DNA of 64,000 nt from Eledone cirrhosa (Eukaryota), in the NCBI GenBank assembly GCA_964016885.1, contig OZ024741.1, positions 31,806,001 to 31,870,000 of the forward strand, in the 5' to 3' direction. A program made the translations under genes and the position numbers. Shown here in pieces: positions 1 to 16,384 of this stretch (the stretch's first letter is position 1; every line of letters starts with the position of its first letter). The notes under the pieces are model-generated. The model was not told the origin of the DNA. It did not search any database and saw nothing but the letters and a program-made list of their open reading frames with translations.

Positions 1-3000
1 TAACAACAACAACAGCAACAATAACAACAACAACAGCAACAATAACACCAACAACAGCAATAATAACTACATCAGCAACAATAACAACAACAACAGCAGC
101 AATAACAACAACAACAGCAACAATAACAACAACAACAACAACAGAAGCAATAACAACATCGACAGCAGCAATACCAACAGCAACAGCAATAACAACATCA
201 ACAGCAATAACAATAACAACAGCAACAATAACAACAACAGCAGCAATAACAACAACAATAACAACATAAACTGCAACAATAACAACAATAACAGCAACAA
301 TTACAACATCTACAGCAAACATAAAAACAATAACAGCAGCAATAACACAGCAGCAATAACAACAGCAGCAATAACAACATCAACAGCAACAATAACAACA
401 TCAACATCAACAATAACAAAAACAACAGCAACAATAACAACAACAGCAGCAACACTAACAACGTCAATAGTAACAATAACAACAACAACAGCAACAATAA
501 CAAAATCAACAGTAACAATAACAACAACAGCAACAATAACAACATCAAAAGCAACAATAACAACAACAACAGCAACAATAACAACAACAACAGCAACAAT
601 AACAACAACAACAGCAACAATAACAACAACAACAACAAGAGCAATATCAAAATCAACAGCAACAATAACAACAACAACAGCACCAATAACAACAACAACA
701 ACAAAATAACAAGAACAACAACAGCAACAATAACAACAACAACAGCAGCAATAACAACATCAGCAGCAACAATAACAACATCAACAGCAGCAATATCAAC
801 ATCAACAGCAACAATAACAACTACAACAGTAACAATAAAAACAACGATAGCAACAATAACAATAACAATAACAACAACAACAATAACAACAATAAGAGCA
901 ACAACAACAGCAACAATAACAATAAAAACAGCAACAATGACATCATCAACAGCAACAATAACAACATGAACAACAACAATATCAACAACATCAGCAGCAA
1001 TAAAAACAACACCAGCAACAATAACAAAAATAACAGCAACAATAACAACAACAACAACAACAGCAACAATAACAACAACAACCGCAATAATAACAACAAC
1101 ATCAGCAACAATAACAACATCAAAAGCAACAATAACAACAATAAATGCATCAATAACAAAAACAACAGCAACAATAACAATATCAACAGCAGCAATAACA
1201 AAAACAACATCAGCAATAATAACATCAACAGCAATAATAACAACAATAAGAACAACAATAACAACATCAACAGCAACAATAACAACAATAAGAGCAACAA
1301 TAACAACAACAACAGCAATAATAACAACAATAACAGCAACAATAACAACACGACAGCAACAATAACAACAACAACAACAGCAACAATAACAACATCAACA
1401 GCAACAATAACAACAACAACTGCAGCAATAACAACAAAAACAGCAACAAAAACAACAATAACAGCAACAATAACAACAACAACAGCAACCATAACAAAAA
1501 AACAGCAACAATAACAACAGCAACAATAACAATATCAACACCAACAATAACAACGATAACAGCAACAATAACAACATCAACAGCAGCAATAACAACAATA
1601 GCAGCAACAATAACAACGACAAAAGCAGCAATAACAACAGCAACAATAACAACAACAACAGCAACAATAACGACAACAACAATAACAATAACAACAATAG
1701 CAGCAACAATAACAACAACAACAGCAACAATAACAATAAAAACAGCAACAATAACAACATCAACAGCAACAATAACAACAATAACAGGAACAATAACAAC
1801 ATCAACAGCAGCAATCACAACAATAGCAGCAACAATAACAACAACAACAGCAGCAATAACAACAGCAACAATAACAACAACAACGGCAACAATAACAACA
1901 ATAACAGCAGCAATAACAGCAACAACAGCAACAATAACAATAACAACAACAACAATAACAACAATAACAGCAACAATAACAAAAATAACAGCAACAATAA
2001 CAACATCAACAGCAGCAATAACAACAACAACAGCAACAATAACAATAGAAACAGCAACAATAACAACAACAACAGCAACAATAACAACATCAATAGTAAC
2101 AATAACAACAACAACATCAAGAATAACAACATCAACAGCATTAACAACAACAATAAGAGCAACAATAACAACATCAACAGCAACAATAACAACAATAACA
2201 GCAACGGTAACAACAACAACAGCAACAATAACAACAATAACAGCAACAATAACAACATCAACAGCAACAATAACAACAACAACAACATCAAGAATAACAA
2301 CATCAACAGCAACAATAATAACAATAACAGCAACAATAACAACAACAACAGTAACAATAACAACATCAACAGCAACAGTAACAACGACAACAGCAACAAT
2401 AACAACAACAAGAGCAACAATAACAACATCAACAGCAACAATAACAACATTAACAGCAACAATAACAACGACAACAGCAACAATAACAACATCAACAGCA
2501 ACAATAACAACATTAACAGCAACAATAACAACAGCAAGAGCAACAATAACAACAATAAGAGCAACAATAACAACATCAACAGCAACAATAACAACATCAA
2601 CAGCAGCAATAACAACAACAACAACAACAGCAGCAATAACAATAATAGCAGCAACAATAACAACAATAACAGCAACAATAACAACAACAACAACATCAAT
2701 AACAACAGCAACAATAACAACATCAACAGCAACAATAAAAACAACAACAGCAACAATAACAACATCAACAGCAACAATAACAACACCAACACCAGCAATA
2801 ACAACAACAACCGCAACAATAACAGCAATAACCACAACAATAACAACAACAACAGCAACAATAACAAAAACAACAGCAACAATAACAACAATAACAGCAA
2901 CAATAACAACAACAACAGCAACCATAACAAAAACAACAGCAACAATAACAACAATAACAGCAACAATAACAACAATAACAGCAACAATAACAACGACAAC

Positions 3001-6000
3001 AGCAGCAATAACGACAACAACGGCAACATTAACAACATCAACAGCAACAATAACAACAATAACATCAACAATAACAACATCAACAGCAGCAATAACAACA
3101 ATAACAGCAACAATAACAACAATAACAGCAACACTAACCACATCAACAGCAACAATAACAACATCATCAGCAGCAATAACAACATGAACAGCAACAATAA
3201 CAACAATAACAGCAACAATAACAACAACAACAATAACAATAACAACAATAACAGCAACAATAACAACAGCAACAGCAACAATAACAATAAAAACAGCAAA
3301 AATAACAACATCAACAGCAACAATAACAACAATAACAGCAACAATAACAACATCAACAGAAGCAATAACAACAACAACAGCAACAATAACAATAGAAACA
3401 GCAACAATAACAACAACAACAGCAACAATAACAACATCAACAGCAGCAATAACAAAAACAACAACAGCAACAATAACAACATCAATAGTAACAATAACAA
3501 CAACAACATCAAGAATAACAACATCAACAGCATTAACAACAACAATAAGAGCAACAATAACAACATCAACAGCAACAATAACAACAATAACAGCAATAAT
3601 AACAACATCAACAGAAGCAATAACAACAACAACAGCAACAATAACAATAGAAACAGCAACAATAACAACAACAACAGCAACAATAACAACATCAACAGCA
3701 GCAATAACAAAAACAACAACAGCAACAATAACAACATCAATAGTAACAATAACAACAACAACATCAAGAATAACAACATCAACAGCATTAACAACAACAA
3801 TAAGAGCAACAATAACAACATCAACAGCAACAATAACAACAATAACAGCAACAGTAACAACAACAACAGCAACAATAACAACAATAACAGCAACAATAAC
3901 AACATCAACAGTAACAATAACAACAACGACAACATCAAGAATAACAACCTCAACAGCAACAATAATAACAATAACAGCAACAATAACAAGAACAACAGTA
4001 ACAATAACAACATCAACAGCAACAGTAACAACAACAACAGCAACAATAACAACAAGAGCAACAATAACAACATCAACAGCAACAATAACAACATTAACAG
4101 CAACAATAACAACGACAACAGCAACAATAACAACATCAACAGCAACAATAACAACATTAACAGCAACAATAACAACAGCAAGAGCAACAATAACAACAAT
4201 AAGAGCAACAATAACAATATCAACAGCAACAATAACAAGATCAACAGCAGCAATAACAACATCAACAGCAACAATAACAACAACAACAGCAGCAATAACA
4301 ATAATAGCAGCAACAATAACAACAATAACCACAACAATAACAACAAAAACAGCAAGAATAACAACAAAAACATCGACAATAATAACAACAAGAGCAACAA
4401 TAACAACATCAACAGCAACAATAACAACATCAACATCAAACATAACAACAACAATAGCAACAATAACAACAATAACAGCAACAATAAGAACAACAACAGC
4501 AGCAATAACAACAATAGCAGCAACAATAACAACAAGAGCAGCAACAATAACAACAACAACAGCAGCAATAACAACAACAACACTAACAATAACAACAATA
4601 ACAGCAGCAATATCAACAACAATAGCAACAATAACAACATCAACATCAACAATAACAACAACAACAGCAACAATAACAACATCAAAAGCAACAATAACAA
4701 CAACAACAGCAACAATAACAACATCAACATCTACAATAAGAACAACAACAGCAACAATAACAACAATAACAGCAACAATAACAACAACAACAACATCAAT
4801 AACAACAGCAACAATAAGAACATCAACAGCAACAATAAAAACAACAACAGCAACAATAACAACATCAACAGCAACAATAACAATAGAAACAGCAACAATA
4901 ACAACAACAACAGCAACAATAACAACAATAACAGCAACAATAACAACATCAACAGCAACAATAACAACAACAACAACATCAAGAATAACAACATCAACAG
5001 CAACAATAATAACAATAACAGCAACAATAACAACAACAACAGTAACAATAACAACATCAACAGCAACAGTAACAACGACAACAGCAACAATAACAACAAC
5101 AAGAGCAACAATAACAACATCAACAGCAACAATAACAACATTAACAGCAACAATAACAACGACAACAGCAACAATAACAACATCAACAGCAACAATAACA
5201 ACATTAACAGCAACAATAACAACAGCAAGAGCAACAATAACAACAATAAGAGCAACAATAACAACATCAACAGCAACAATAACAACATCAACAGCAGCAA
5301 TAACAACAACAACAACAACAGCAGCAATAACAATAATAGCAGCAACAATAACAACAATAACAGCAACAATAACAACAACAACAACATCAATAACAACAGC
5401 AACAATAACAACATCAACAGCAACAATAAAAACAACAACAGCAACAATAACAACATCAACAGCAACAATAACAACACCAACACCAGCAATAACAACAACA
5501 ACCGCAACAATAACAGCAATAACCACAACAATAACAACAACAACAGCAACAATAACAAAAACAACAGCAACAATAACAACAATAACAGCAACAATAACAA
5601 CAACAACAGCAACCATAACAAAAACAACAGCAACAATAACAACAATAACAGCAACAATAACAACAATAACAGCAACAATAACAACGACAACAGCAGCAAT
5701 AACGACAACAACGGCAACATTAACAACATCAACAGCAACAATAACAACAATAACAGCAACAATAACAACATCAACAGCAGCAATAACAACAATAACAGCA
5801 ACAATAACAACAATAACAGCAACAATAACCACATCAACAGCAACAATAACAACATCATCAGCAGCAATAACAACATGAACAGCAACAATAACAACAATAA
5901 CAGCAACAATAACAACAACAACAATAACAATAACAACAATAACAGCAACAATAACAACAGCAACAGCAACAATAACAATAAAAACAGCAAAAATAACAAC

Positions 6001-9000
6001 ATCAACAGCAACAATAACAACAATAACAGCAACAATAACAACATCAACAGAAGCAATAACAACAACAACAGCAACAATAACAATAGAAACAGCAACAATA
6101 ACAACAACAACAGCAACAATAACAACATCAACAGCAGCAATAACAAAAACAACAACAGCAACAATAACAACATCAATAGTAACAATAACAACAACAACAT
6201 CAAGAATAACAACATCAACAGCATTAACAACAACAATAAGAGCAACAATAACAACATCAACAGCAACAATAACAACAATAACAGCAATAATAACAACATC
6301 AACAGAAGCAATAACAACAACAACAGCAACAATAACAATAGAAACAGCAACAATAACAACAACAACAGCAACAATAACAACATCAACAGCAGCAATAACA
6401 AAAACAACAACAGCAACAATAACAACATCAATAGTAACAATAACAACAACAACATCAAGAATAACAACATCAACAGCATTAACAACAACAATAAGAGCAA
6501 CAATAACAACATCAACAGCAACAATAACAACAATAACAGCAACAGTAACAACAACAACAGCAACAATAACAACAATAACAGCAACAATAACAACATCAAC
6601 AGTAACAATAACAACAACGACAACATCAAGAATAACAACCTCAACAGCAACAATAATAACAATAACAGCAACAATAACAAGAACAACAGTAACAATAACA
6701 ACATCAACAGCAACAGTAACAACAACAACAGCAACAATAACAACAAGAGCAACAATAACAACATCAACAGCAACAATAACAACATTAACAGCAACAATAA
6801 CAACGACAACAGCAACAATAACAACATCAACAGCAACAATATCAACATTAACAGCAACAATAACAACAGCAAGAGCAACAATAACAACAATAAGAGTAAC
6901 AATAACAATATCAACAGCAACAATAACAAGATCAACAGCAGCAATAACAACATCAACAGCAACAATAACAACAACAACAGCAGCAATAACAATAATAGCA
7001 GCAACAATAACAACAATAACCACAACAATAACAACAAAAACAGCAAGAATAACAACAAAAACATCGACAATAATAACAACAAGAGCAACAATAACAACAT
7101 CAACAGCAACAATAACAACATCAACATCAAACATAACAACAACAATAGCAACAATAACAACAATAACAGCAACAATAAGAACAACAACAGCAGCAATAAC
7201 AACAATAGCAGCAACAATAACAACAAGAGCAGCAACAATAACAACAACAACAGCAGCAATAACAACAACAACACTAACAATAACAACAATAACAGCAGCA
7301 ATATCAACAACAATAGCAACAATAACAACATCAACATCAACAATAACAACAACAACAGCAACAATAACAACATCAAAAGCAACAATAACAACAACAACAG
7401 CAACAATAACAACATCAACATCTACAATAAGAACAACAACAGCAACAATAACAACAATAACAGCAACAATAACAACAACAACAACATCAATAACAACAGC
7501 AACAATAAGAACATCAACAGCAACAATAAAAACAACAACAGCAACAATAACAACATCAACAGCAACAATAACAACACCAACACCAGCAATAACAACAACA
7601 ACCGCAACAATAACAGCAATAACCACAACAATAACAACAACAACAGCAAAAATAACAAAAACAACAGCAACAATAACAACAATAACAGCAACAATAACAA
7701 CAACAACAGCAACCATAACAAAAACAACAGCAACAATAACAACAATAACACCAACAATAACAACAACAACAGCAGCAATAACAACATCAACAGCAACAAT
7801 AACAACAATAACAGCAACAATAACAACAACAACAGCAACAATAACAACAACAACAGCAACAATAACAACAATAACAGCAACAATAACAACAACAACAGCA
7901 GCAATAACAACAATAACAGCAACAATAACAACATCAACAGCAACAATAACAACAACAACAGCAGAAATAACAACAACAACAGTAACAATAACAACAATAA
8001 CAGCAGCAAAAACAACAACAACAACAGCAACAATAACAACATCAACAGCAACAATAACAACATCAACAGCAACAATAACAACATCAACAGCAACAATAAC
8101 AACAACAGCAGTAACAATAACAACATCAACAGCAACAATAACAACATCAACAGCAACAATAACAACAACAACAGCAGCAATAACAACATCAACAGCAACA
8201 ATAACAACAATAACAGTAACAATAACAACAACAACAGCAACAATAACAACAACAACAGCAACAATAACAACAACAACAGCAACAATAACAACATCAACAG
8301 CAACAATAACAACATTAACAGCAACAATAACAACAACAAGAGCAACAATAACAACAACAACAGCAACAATAACAACAATAACAGCAACAATAACAACATC
8401 AACAGCAACAATAACAACAACAACATCAATAATAACAACCACAACAACAGCAACAATAACAACAACAACAGCAGCAATAACAACGTCAACAGCAACAATA
8501 ACAACATCAACAGCAGCAATATCAACATCAACAGCAACAATAACAACTACAACAGCAACAATAACAAGAACATCAGCAGCAACAACAACAACAATAGCAA
8601 CAATAACAACAACAACAGCAGCAATAACAACATCAACAGCAACAATAACAACAATAACAGTAACAATAACAACAACAACAGCAACAATAACAACAACAAC
8701 AGCAACAATAACAACAACAACAACAACAATAACAACATCAACAGCAACAATAACAACAACAACAGCAGAAATAACAACAACAACAGTAACAATAACAACA
8801 ATAACAGCAGCAAAAACAACAACAACAACAGCAACAATAACAACATCAACAGCAACAATAACAACAACAACAGCAACAATAACAACATCAACATCAACAA
8901 TAACAACATCAACTGCAACAATAACAACAACAACAACAACAATAACAACAATAACAGTAACAATAACAACATCAGCAGCAGCAATAACAACAACAACCGC

Positions 9001-9800
9001 AACAATAACAACAATAACCACAACAATAACAACAACAGCAGCAATAACAAAAACAACAGCAACAATAACAACAACAACAGCAACAATAACAAAAACAACA
9101 GCAACAATAACAACAACAACAGCAACAATAACAACAACAACAGCAACAATAACAACAACAACAGCAACAATAACAACAATAACATCAACAATAACAACAA
9201 CAACAGCAACCATAACAAAAACAACAGCAACAATAACAAACATAACAGCAACAATAACAACAATAACAGCAGCAATAACAATAACAACAGCAGCAATAAC
9301 AACAGCAACAATAACAACATCAACAGCAACAATAACGACACAACAGCAACAATAACAACATCAACAGCAACAGTAACAACAATAACAGCAACAATAACAT
9401 CAACAGCAGCAATAACAACAATAGCAGCAACAATAACAACAACAGCAGCAGCAATAACAACAGCAACAATAACAACAACAACAACAACAGCAACAATAAC
9501 CACATCAACAGCAACAATAACAACATTAGCAGCAGCAATAACAACACAAAAGCAACAATAACAACAATAACAGCAACAATAACAACACAACAGTAACAAT
9601 AACAACATCAACAGCAACAATAACAACAACAACAGCAACAATTAAAACAACAACAACAATAATAACAACATCAAAAGCAACAATAACCACAACAACAGCA
9701 ACAATAACAAGAACAACAGCAACAATAACAACATTAGCAGTAACAATAACAACATCAAAAGCAATAACAACAACATCACTAACAAAACACAAGAAACAAC
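1..9800. repeat. Degenerate 21-bp AAC-rich tandem array (consensus ~ACAACAACAGCAACAATAACA)
   Basis: Continuous AAC/AAT/AGC/ATC triplets with 7-triplet periodicity; runs off the window start. Confidence 0.97.
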
Positions 9801-9879
9801 AACCTCCAGCTCAGCATCAACAACACCATCAGCATGTCCACAACACCATCACCATCATCAACATAATCAACATCATCAA

Positions 9880-12800
9880 CAACACCTTCATCACTATTAG
9901 CAACCTCCACCTCAGCATCAACAACACCCCAACACTATAAGCAACCTCCACCTCAGCATCAACAACACCCCATCACTATAAGCAACCTCCACCTCGGCAT
10001 CAACAACACCTCCATCACTATAAGCAACCTCCACCTCAGCATCAACAACACCTCCATCACTATAAGCAACCTCCACCTCAGCATCGACAACACCCCCATC
10101 ACTATAAGCAACCTCGACCTCAGCATCAACAACACCTCCATCACTATAAGCAACCTCCACCTCAGCATCGACAACACCCCCATCACTATAAGCAACCTCG
10201 ACCTCAGCATCAACAACAGCTCCATCACTATAAGCAACCTCCACCTCAGCATCAACAACACCTCCATCACTATAAGCAACCTCCACCTCAGCATCGACAA
10301 CACCCCATCTTTATAAGCAACCTCCACCTCAGCATCAACAACACCTCCATCACTATAAGCAACCTCCACCTCAGCATCAACAACACCTCCATCACTATAA
10401 GCAACCTCCACCTCAGCATCGACAACACCCCCATCACTATAAGCAACCTCCACCTCAGCATCAACAACACCCCCATCACTATAAGCAACCTCGACCTCAG
10501 CATCAATAACACCCCATCACTATTAGCAACCTCCACCTCAGCATCAATAACACCCCCATCACTATAAGCAACCTCCACCTCAGCATCAACAACACCCGCC
10601 CATCACTATAAGCAACCTCCACCTCAGCATCAACAACACCCGCCCATCACTATAAGCAACCTCCACCTCAGCATCAACAACACCCCCCCATAACTATAAG
10701 CAACCTCCACCTCAGCATCAACCCCCCCCCTCACTATAAACAACCTCCAGCTCAGCATCAACAACACCTCCATCACTATAAGCAACCTCCACCTCATCAT
10801 CAACAACACCCCATCACTATAAGCAACCTCCACCTCAGCATCAACAACACCCCCATCACTATAAGCAACCTCCACCTCAGCATCAACAACACCCCCATCA
10901 CTATAAGCAACCTCCACCTCAGCATCAACAACACCCGCCCATCACTATAAGCAACCTCGACCTCAGCATCAATAACACCCCATCACTATTAGCAACCTCG
11001 ACCTCAGCATCAACAACACCCCCATCACTATAAGCAACCTCCACCTCAGCATCAACAACACCCGCCCATCACTATAAGCAACCTCCAACTCAGCATCAAC
11101 AACACCCCCCCCATCACTATAAACAACCTCCACCTCAGCATCAACAACCCCCCATCACTATAAGCAACCTACATCCCAGCATCAACAACACCTCCATCAC
11201 TATTAGCAACCTACATCCCAGCATCAACAACACCTCCATCACTATTAGCAACCTCCACCTCAGCATCACCAACACCTCCATCACTATAAGCAACCTCCAC
11301 CTGAGCATCAACAACACCCCCATCACTATTAGCAACCTCCACCTCAGCATCAACAACACCCCTCCCATAACTATAAGCAACCTCCACCTCAGCATCAACA
11401 ACACCCCCCCATAACTATAAGCAACCTCCACCTCAGCATCAACACCCCCCCATCACTATAAACAACCTCCACCTCAGCATCAACAACACCCCCCCATAAC
11501 TATAAGCAACCTCCACCTCAGCATCAACACCCCCCCATCACTATAAGCAACCTCCACCTCAGCATCAACAACACCTCCATCACTATAAGCAACCTCCACC
11601 TCAGCATCAACAACACCCCCCATCACTATAAGCAACCTCCACCTCAGCATCAACAACAACCCCCATCACTATAAGCAACCTACATCCCAGCATCAACAAC
11701 ACCTCCATCACTATAAGCAACCTCCACCTCAGCATCAACAACACCTCCATCACTATAAGCAACCTCCACCTCAGCATCAACAACACCCCCCATCACTATA
11801 AGCAACCTCCACCTCAGCATCAACAACACCTCCATCACTATAAGCAACCTCCACCTCAGCATCAACAACACCCCCCATCACTATAAGCAACCTCCACCTC
11901 AGCATCAACAACACCCCCCATCACTATAAGCAACCTCCACCTCAGCATCAACAACACCTCCATCACTATAAGTAACCTCCACCTCAGCATCAACAACACC
12001 CCCCATCACTATAAGCAACCTCCACCTCAGCATCAACAACACCCCCCATCACTATAAGCAACCTCCACCTCAGCATCAACAACACCTCCATCACTATAAG
12101 CAACCTCCACCTCAGCATCAACAACACCCCCATCACTATAAGCAACCTCCACCTCAGCATCAACAACACCTCCATCACTATAAGCAACCTCCACCTCAGC
12201 ATCAACAACACCCCCCATCACTATAAGCAACCTCCACCTCAGCATCAACAACACCTCCATCACTATAAGCAACCTCCACCTCAGCATCAACAACACCCCC
12301 CATCACTATAAGCAACCTCCACCTCAGCATCAACAACACCTCCATCACTATAAGCAACCTCCACCTCAGCATCAACAACACCCCCCATCACTATAAGCAA
12401 CCTCCACCTCAGCATCAACAACACCCCCCATCACTATAAGCAACCTCCACCTCAGCATCAACAACACCTCCATCACTATAAGCAACCTCCACCTCAGCAT
12501 CAACAACACCTCCATGACTATAAGCAACCTCCACCTCAGCATCAACAACACCCCCCATCACTATAAGCAACCTCCACCTCAGCATCAACAACACCCCCCA
12601 TCACTATAAGCAACCTCGACCTCAGCATCAACAACACCCCCCCATAACTATAAGCAACCTCCACCTCAGCATCAACAACACCCCCATAACTATAAGCAAC
12701 CTCCACCTCAGCATCAACAACACCCCCCATCACTATAAGCAACCTCCACCTCAGCATCAACAACACCTCCATCACTATAAGCAACCTCCACCTCAGCATC

Positions 12801-14636
12801 AACAACACCCCCCATCACTATAAGCAACCTCCACCTCAGCATCAACAACACCTCCATCACTATAAGCAACCTCCACCTCAGCATCAACAACACCCCCCAT
12901 CACTATAAGCAACCTCCACCTCAGCATCAACAACACCTCCATCACTATAAGCAACCTCCACCTCAGCATCAACAACACCCCCCATCACTATAAGCAACCT
13001 CCACCTCAGCATCAACAACACCCCCCATCACTATAAGCAACCTCCACCTCAGCATCAACAACACCTCCATCACTATAAGCAACCTCCACCTCAGCATCAA
13101 CAACACCTCCATGACTATAAGCAACCTCCACCTCAGCATCAACAACACCCCCCATCACTATAAGCAACCTCCACCTCAGCATCAACAACACCCCCCATCA
13201 CTATAAGCAACCTCGACCTCAGCATCAACAACACCCCCCCATAACTATAAGCAACCTCCACCTCAGCATCAACAACACCCCCATAACTATAAGCAACCTC
13301 CACCTCAGCATCAACAACACCCCCCATCACTATAAGCAACCTCCACCTCAGCATCAACAACACCTCCATCACTATAAGCAACCTCCACCTCAGCATCAAC
13401 AACACCCCCCATCACTATAAGCAACCTCCACCTCAGCATCAACAACACCTCCATCACTATAAGCAACCTCCACCTCAGCATCAACAACACCCCCCATCAC
13501 TATAAGCAACCTCCACCTCAGCATCAACAACACCTCCATCACTATAAGCAACCTCCACCTCAGCATCAACAACACCCCCCATCACTATAAGCAACCTCCA
13601 CCTCAGCATCAACAACACCCCCCATCACTATAAGCAACCTCCACCTCAGCATCAACAACACCTCCATCACTATAAGCAACCTCCACCTCAGCATCAACAA
13701 CACCTCCATGACTATAAGCAACCTCCACCTCAGCATCAACAACACCCCCCATCACTATAAGCAACCTCCACCTCAGCATCAACAACACCCCCCATCACTA
13801 TAAGCAACCTCGACCTCAGCATCAACAACACCCCCCCATAACTATAAGCAACCTCCACCTCAGCATCAACAACACCCCCATAACTATAAGCAACCTCCAC
13901 CTCAGCATCAACAACACCCCCCATCACTATAAGCAACCTCCACCTCAGCATCAACAACACCCCCCCATAACTATAAGCAACCTCCACCTCAGCATCAACA
14001 ACACCCCCCATCACTATAAGCAACCTCCACCTCAGCATCAACAACACCTCCATCACTATAAGCAACCTCCACCTCAGCATCAACAACACCCCCCATCACT
14101 ATAAGCAACCTCCACCTCAGCATCAACAACACCTCCATCACTATAAGCAACCTCCACCTCAGCATCAACAACACCCCCCATCACTATAAGCAACCTCCAC
14201 CTCAGCATCAACAACACCCCCCATCACTATAAGCAACCTCCACCTCAGCATCAACAACACCTCCATCACTATAAGCAACCTCCACCTCAGCATCAACAAC
14301 ACCTCCATGACTATAAGCAACCTCCACCTCAGCATCAACAACACCCCCCATCACTATAAGCAACCTCCACCTCAGCATCAACAACACCCCCCATCACTAT
14401 AAGCAACCTCGACCTCAGCATCAACAACACCCCCCCATAACTATAAGCAACCTCCACCTCAGCATCAACAACACCCCCATAACTATAAGCAACCTCCACC
14501 TCAGCATCAACAACACCCCCCATCACTATAAGCAACCTCCACCTCAGCATCAACAACACCCCCCCATAACTATAAGCAACCTCCACCTCAGCATCAACAA
14601 CACCCCCCATCACTATAAGCAACCTCCACCTCAGCG
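9880..14636. repeat. 42-bp minisatellite (CATCAACAACACCTCCATCACTATAAGCAACCTCCACCTCAG), roughly 110 units
   Basis: Near-identical head-to-tail units; length varies 41-44 bp through a poly-C tract. Confidence 0.97.
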
Positions 14637-15230
14637 CCATATTTTTCCTTCCTATATTTTGTTATGATAACAAACACAATTTTAAATTAATCTTTGTTAG
14701 TTTTCCGTGTTAATCAATATTACTTGATATATTTCCATTTATGTTATATTTCTTTATAACAATCTATTTTATTCTATTGCCCTTTCATTCTATCAATGTT
14801 ATTTCTTTCAATGTCTATGTGTATAGGAGAAAAGGTTTCTTTAAAAGAAAAAAAATATTTCAAACTTTAATGTATTTTCTTTGAAGGCCATTAGGCAGGG
14901 AATCCAAATTTAAATCCTGTTGACATGTATTTTGTTCCACTATAGAGAAATGTTTACTTTCATTCTGTTTTCAAATGTATTAATTTTATCATATATAATA
15001 TTATGTGTATATTATGTGTATGTATGTGTGTGTGTATTTGTTTGTGTATATACCTCTCTCTTTGAGTGTGTCTGTGTGTGTTTGTGTGTGTGTGTGTGTG
15101 TGTGCGTGCCAAATGCAAATTGGATATTAAGGGGTGCTTACCAAGACGTGACATATATAATAGCTACTGAGAGTTTTTTTTATAATTACCTTAGAACAAA
15201 CATATGAATATTGTTAAATTCACACACTCA

Positions 15231-15295
<65 letters not shown>

Positions 15296-15554
15296 ACACA
15301 TATCCCCCCCCACAACCCCCCACACTCACACGCACACACACACCTATATATATTTCTCTTCTTAGCGTGAAACTAAAATGACTTTATGTTAATGCATACT
15401 CTTGTTAATTTTTGTTTCATTGATACATATACACACACATATATATATGTATGTATGTATATATATAAACCTGTATGTATGTATATATATAAACCTGTAT
15501 ATATATATATATATGCATACATACAGGTTTATATATATATATGCATACATACAG

Positions 15555-15637
<83 letters not shown>

Positions 15638-16025
15638 CACACACACACACATACACATACATACACACATACACACAACACACACACACACTTGTCTATA
15701 TATACGCCTATCAAATTCATCTTAGAGTGCCCTGATTATCTATATGTTGGACCGTCGCTTCCTATGAGCTATGTTTTGATTATGTAAATAAATAAAAAAA
15801 AAATTTTCTTTATCGAGTTGAATGACATTTCCCACTTTTCCCTGTAATATTAACTACATGACAACATTATGTTTGTAAACAATTTGTAGATATTACTTTT
15901 TTGCGCAACACCAGTGTCTAATTAGATATGATTCTTATAAATATATGTAAGATACGAACACGACTCAGAAATATGTTTAGTTATTTGGAAGCCCGACAAT
16001 GCGTGTTTGGTAAAGATGCCGAGGT

Positions 16026-16322
16026 AACAAGAAAGTAGAAAAATAAACAGATCACAATGAGGTAAATAAAAGAGTGAGGGCGATAGAAAATTACCGCAGA
16101 AAGTTTTAATAATCCTAGATATTTTCATATTTTTCATCTATTTTCAAGGGGTGTTCGTAGGGGAACCTGAGATATGTCGTGGCGGCTGTTCGATTTATTT
16201 CGATAATGGATGGAAATCCAAAAATATCTGGGATCATTAAAAATTGGTATGGTAAAATTCTATCGAACTCACTCTTTTAATTTAATTCACTGTGATCTTT
16301 TTATTCTTCTACCTTCTTATTG
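16026..16322. repeat. Diverged inverted repeat (arms ~16026-16140 and ~16207-16322)
   Basis: AGTAGAAAAATAAACAGATCACA...GAGTGAG...CGATAGAA is reverse-complementary to TTCTATCG...CTCACTC...TGTGATCTTTTTATTCTTCTAC. Confidence 0.75.
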
Positions 16323-16384
16323 TTCAGTGGTAGAGCATTCGATTGCAGATCGAGAGGTCACCGGTTCAATACCGGGAGCTCCCT
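16322..16384 (+). pseudogene. tRNA-Cys: 5'-truncated tRNA-Cys(GCA) pseudogene
   Basis: TCAGTGGTAGAGCA-TTCGA-TTGCAGA-TCGAG-AGGTC-ACCGG-TTCAATA-CCGGG-AGCTCCCT matches eukaryotic tRNA-Cys D, anticodon and T arms; the 5' acceptor strand is missing. Confidence 0.85.

Noticed and set aside
1267-9561. 2658-aa poly-Val/Ile and 2125-aa poly-Asn ORFs
   Set aside because: Stops need two or more substitutions in these frames of an AAC repeat, so openness is expected; no non-repetitive domain
9880-14636. CRISPR-like regular repeats
   Set aside because: Head-to-tail units without unique spacers, no cas genes, eukaryotic context
14335-14640. ATG at the minisatellite edge starting a minus-strand ORF
   Set aside because: Frame is broken by poly-C length variation within ~100 codons
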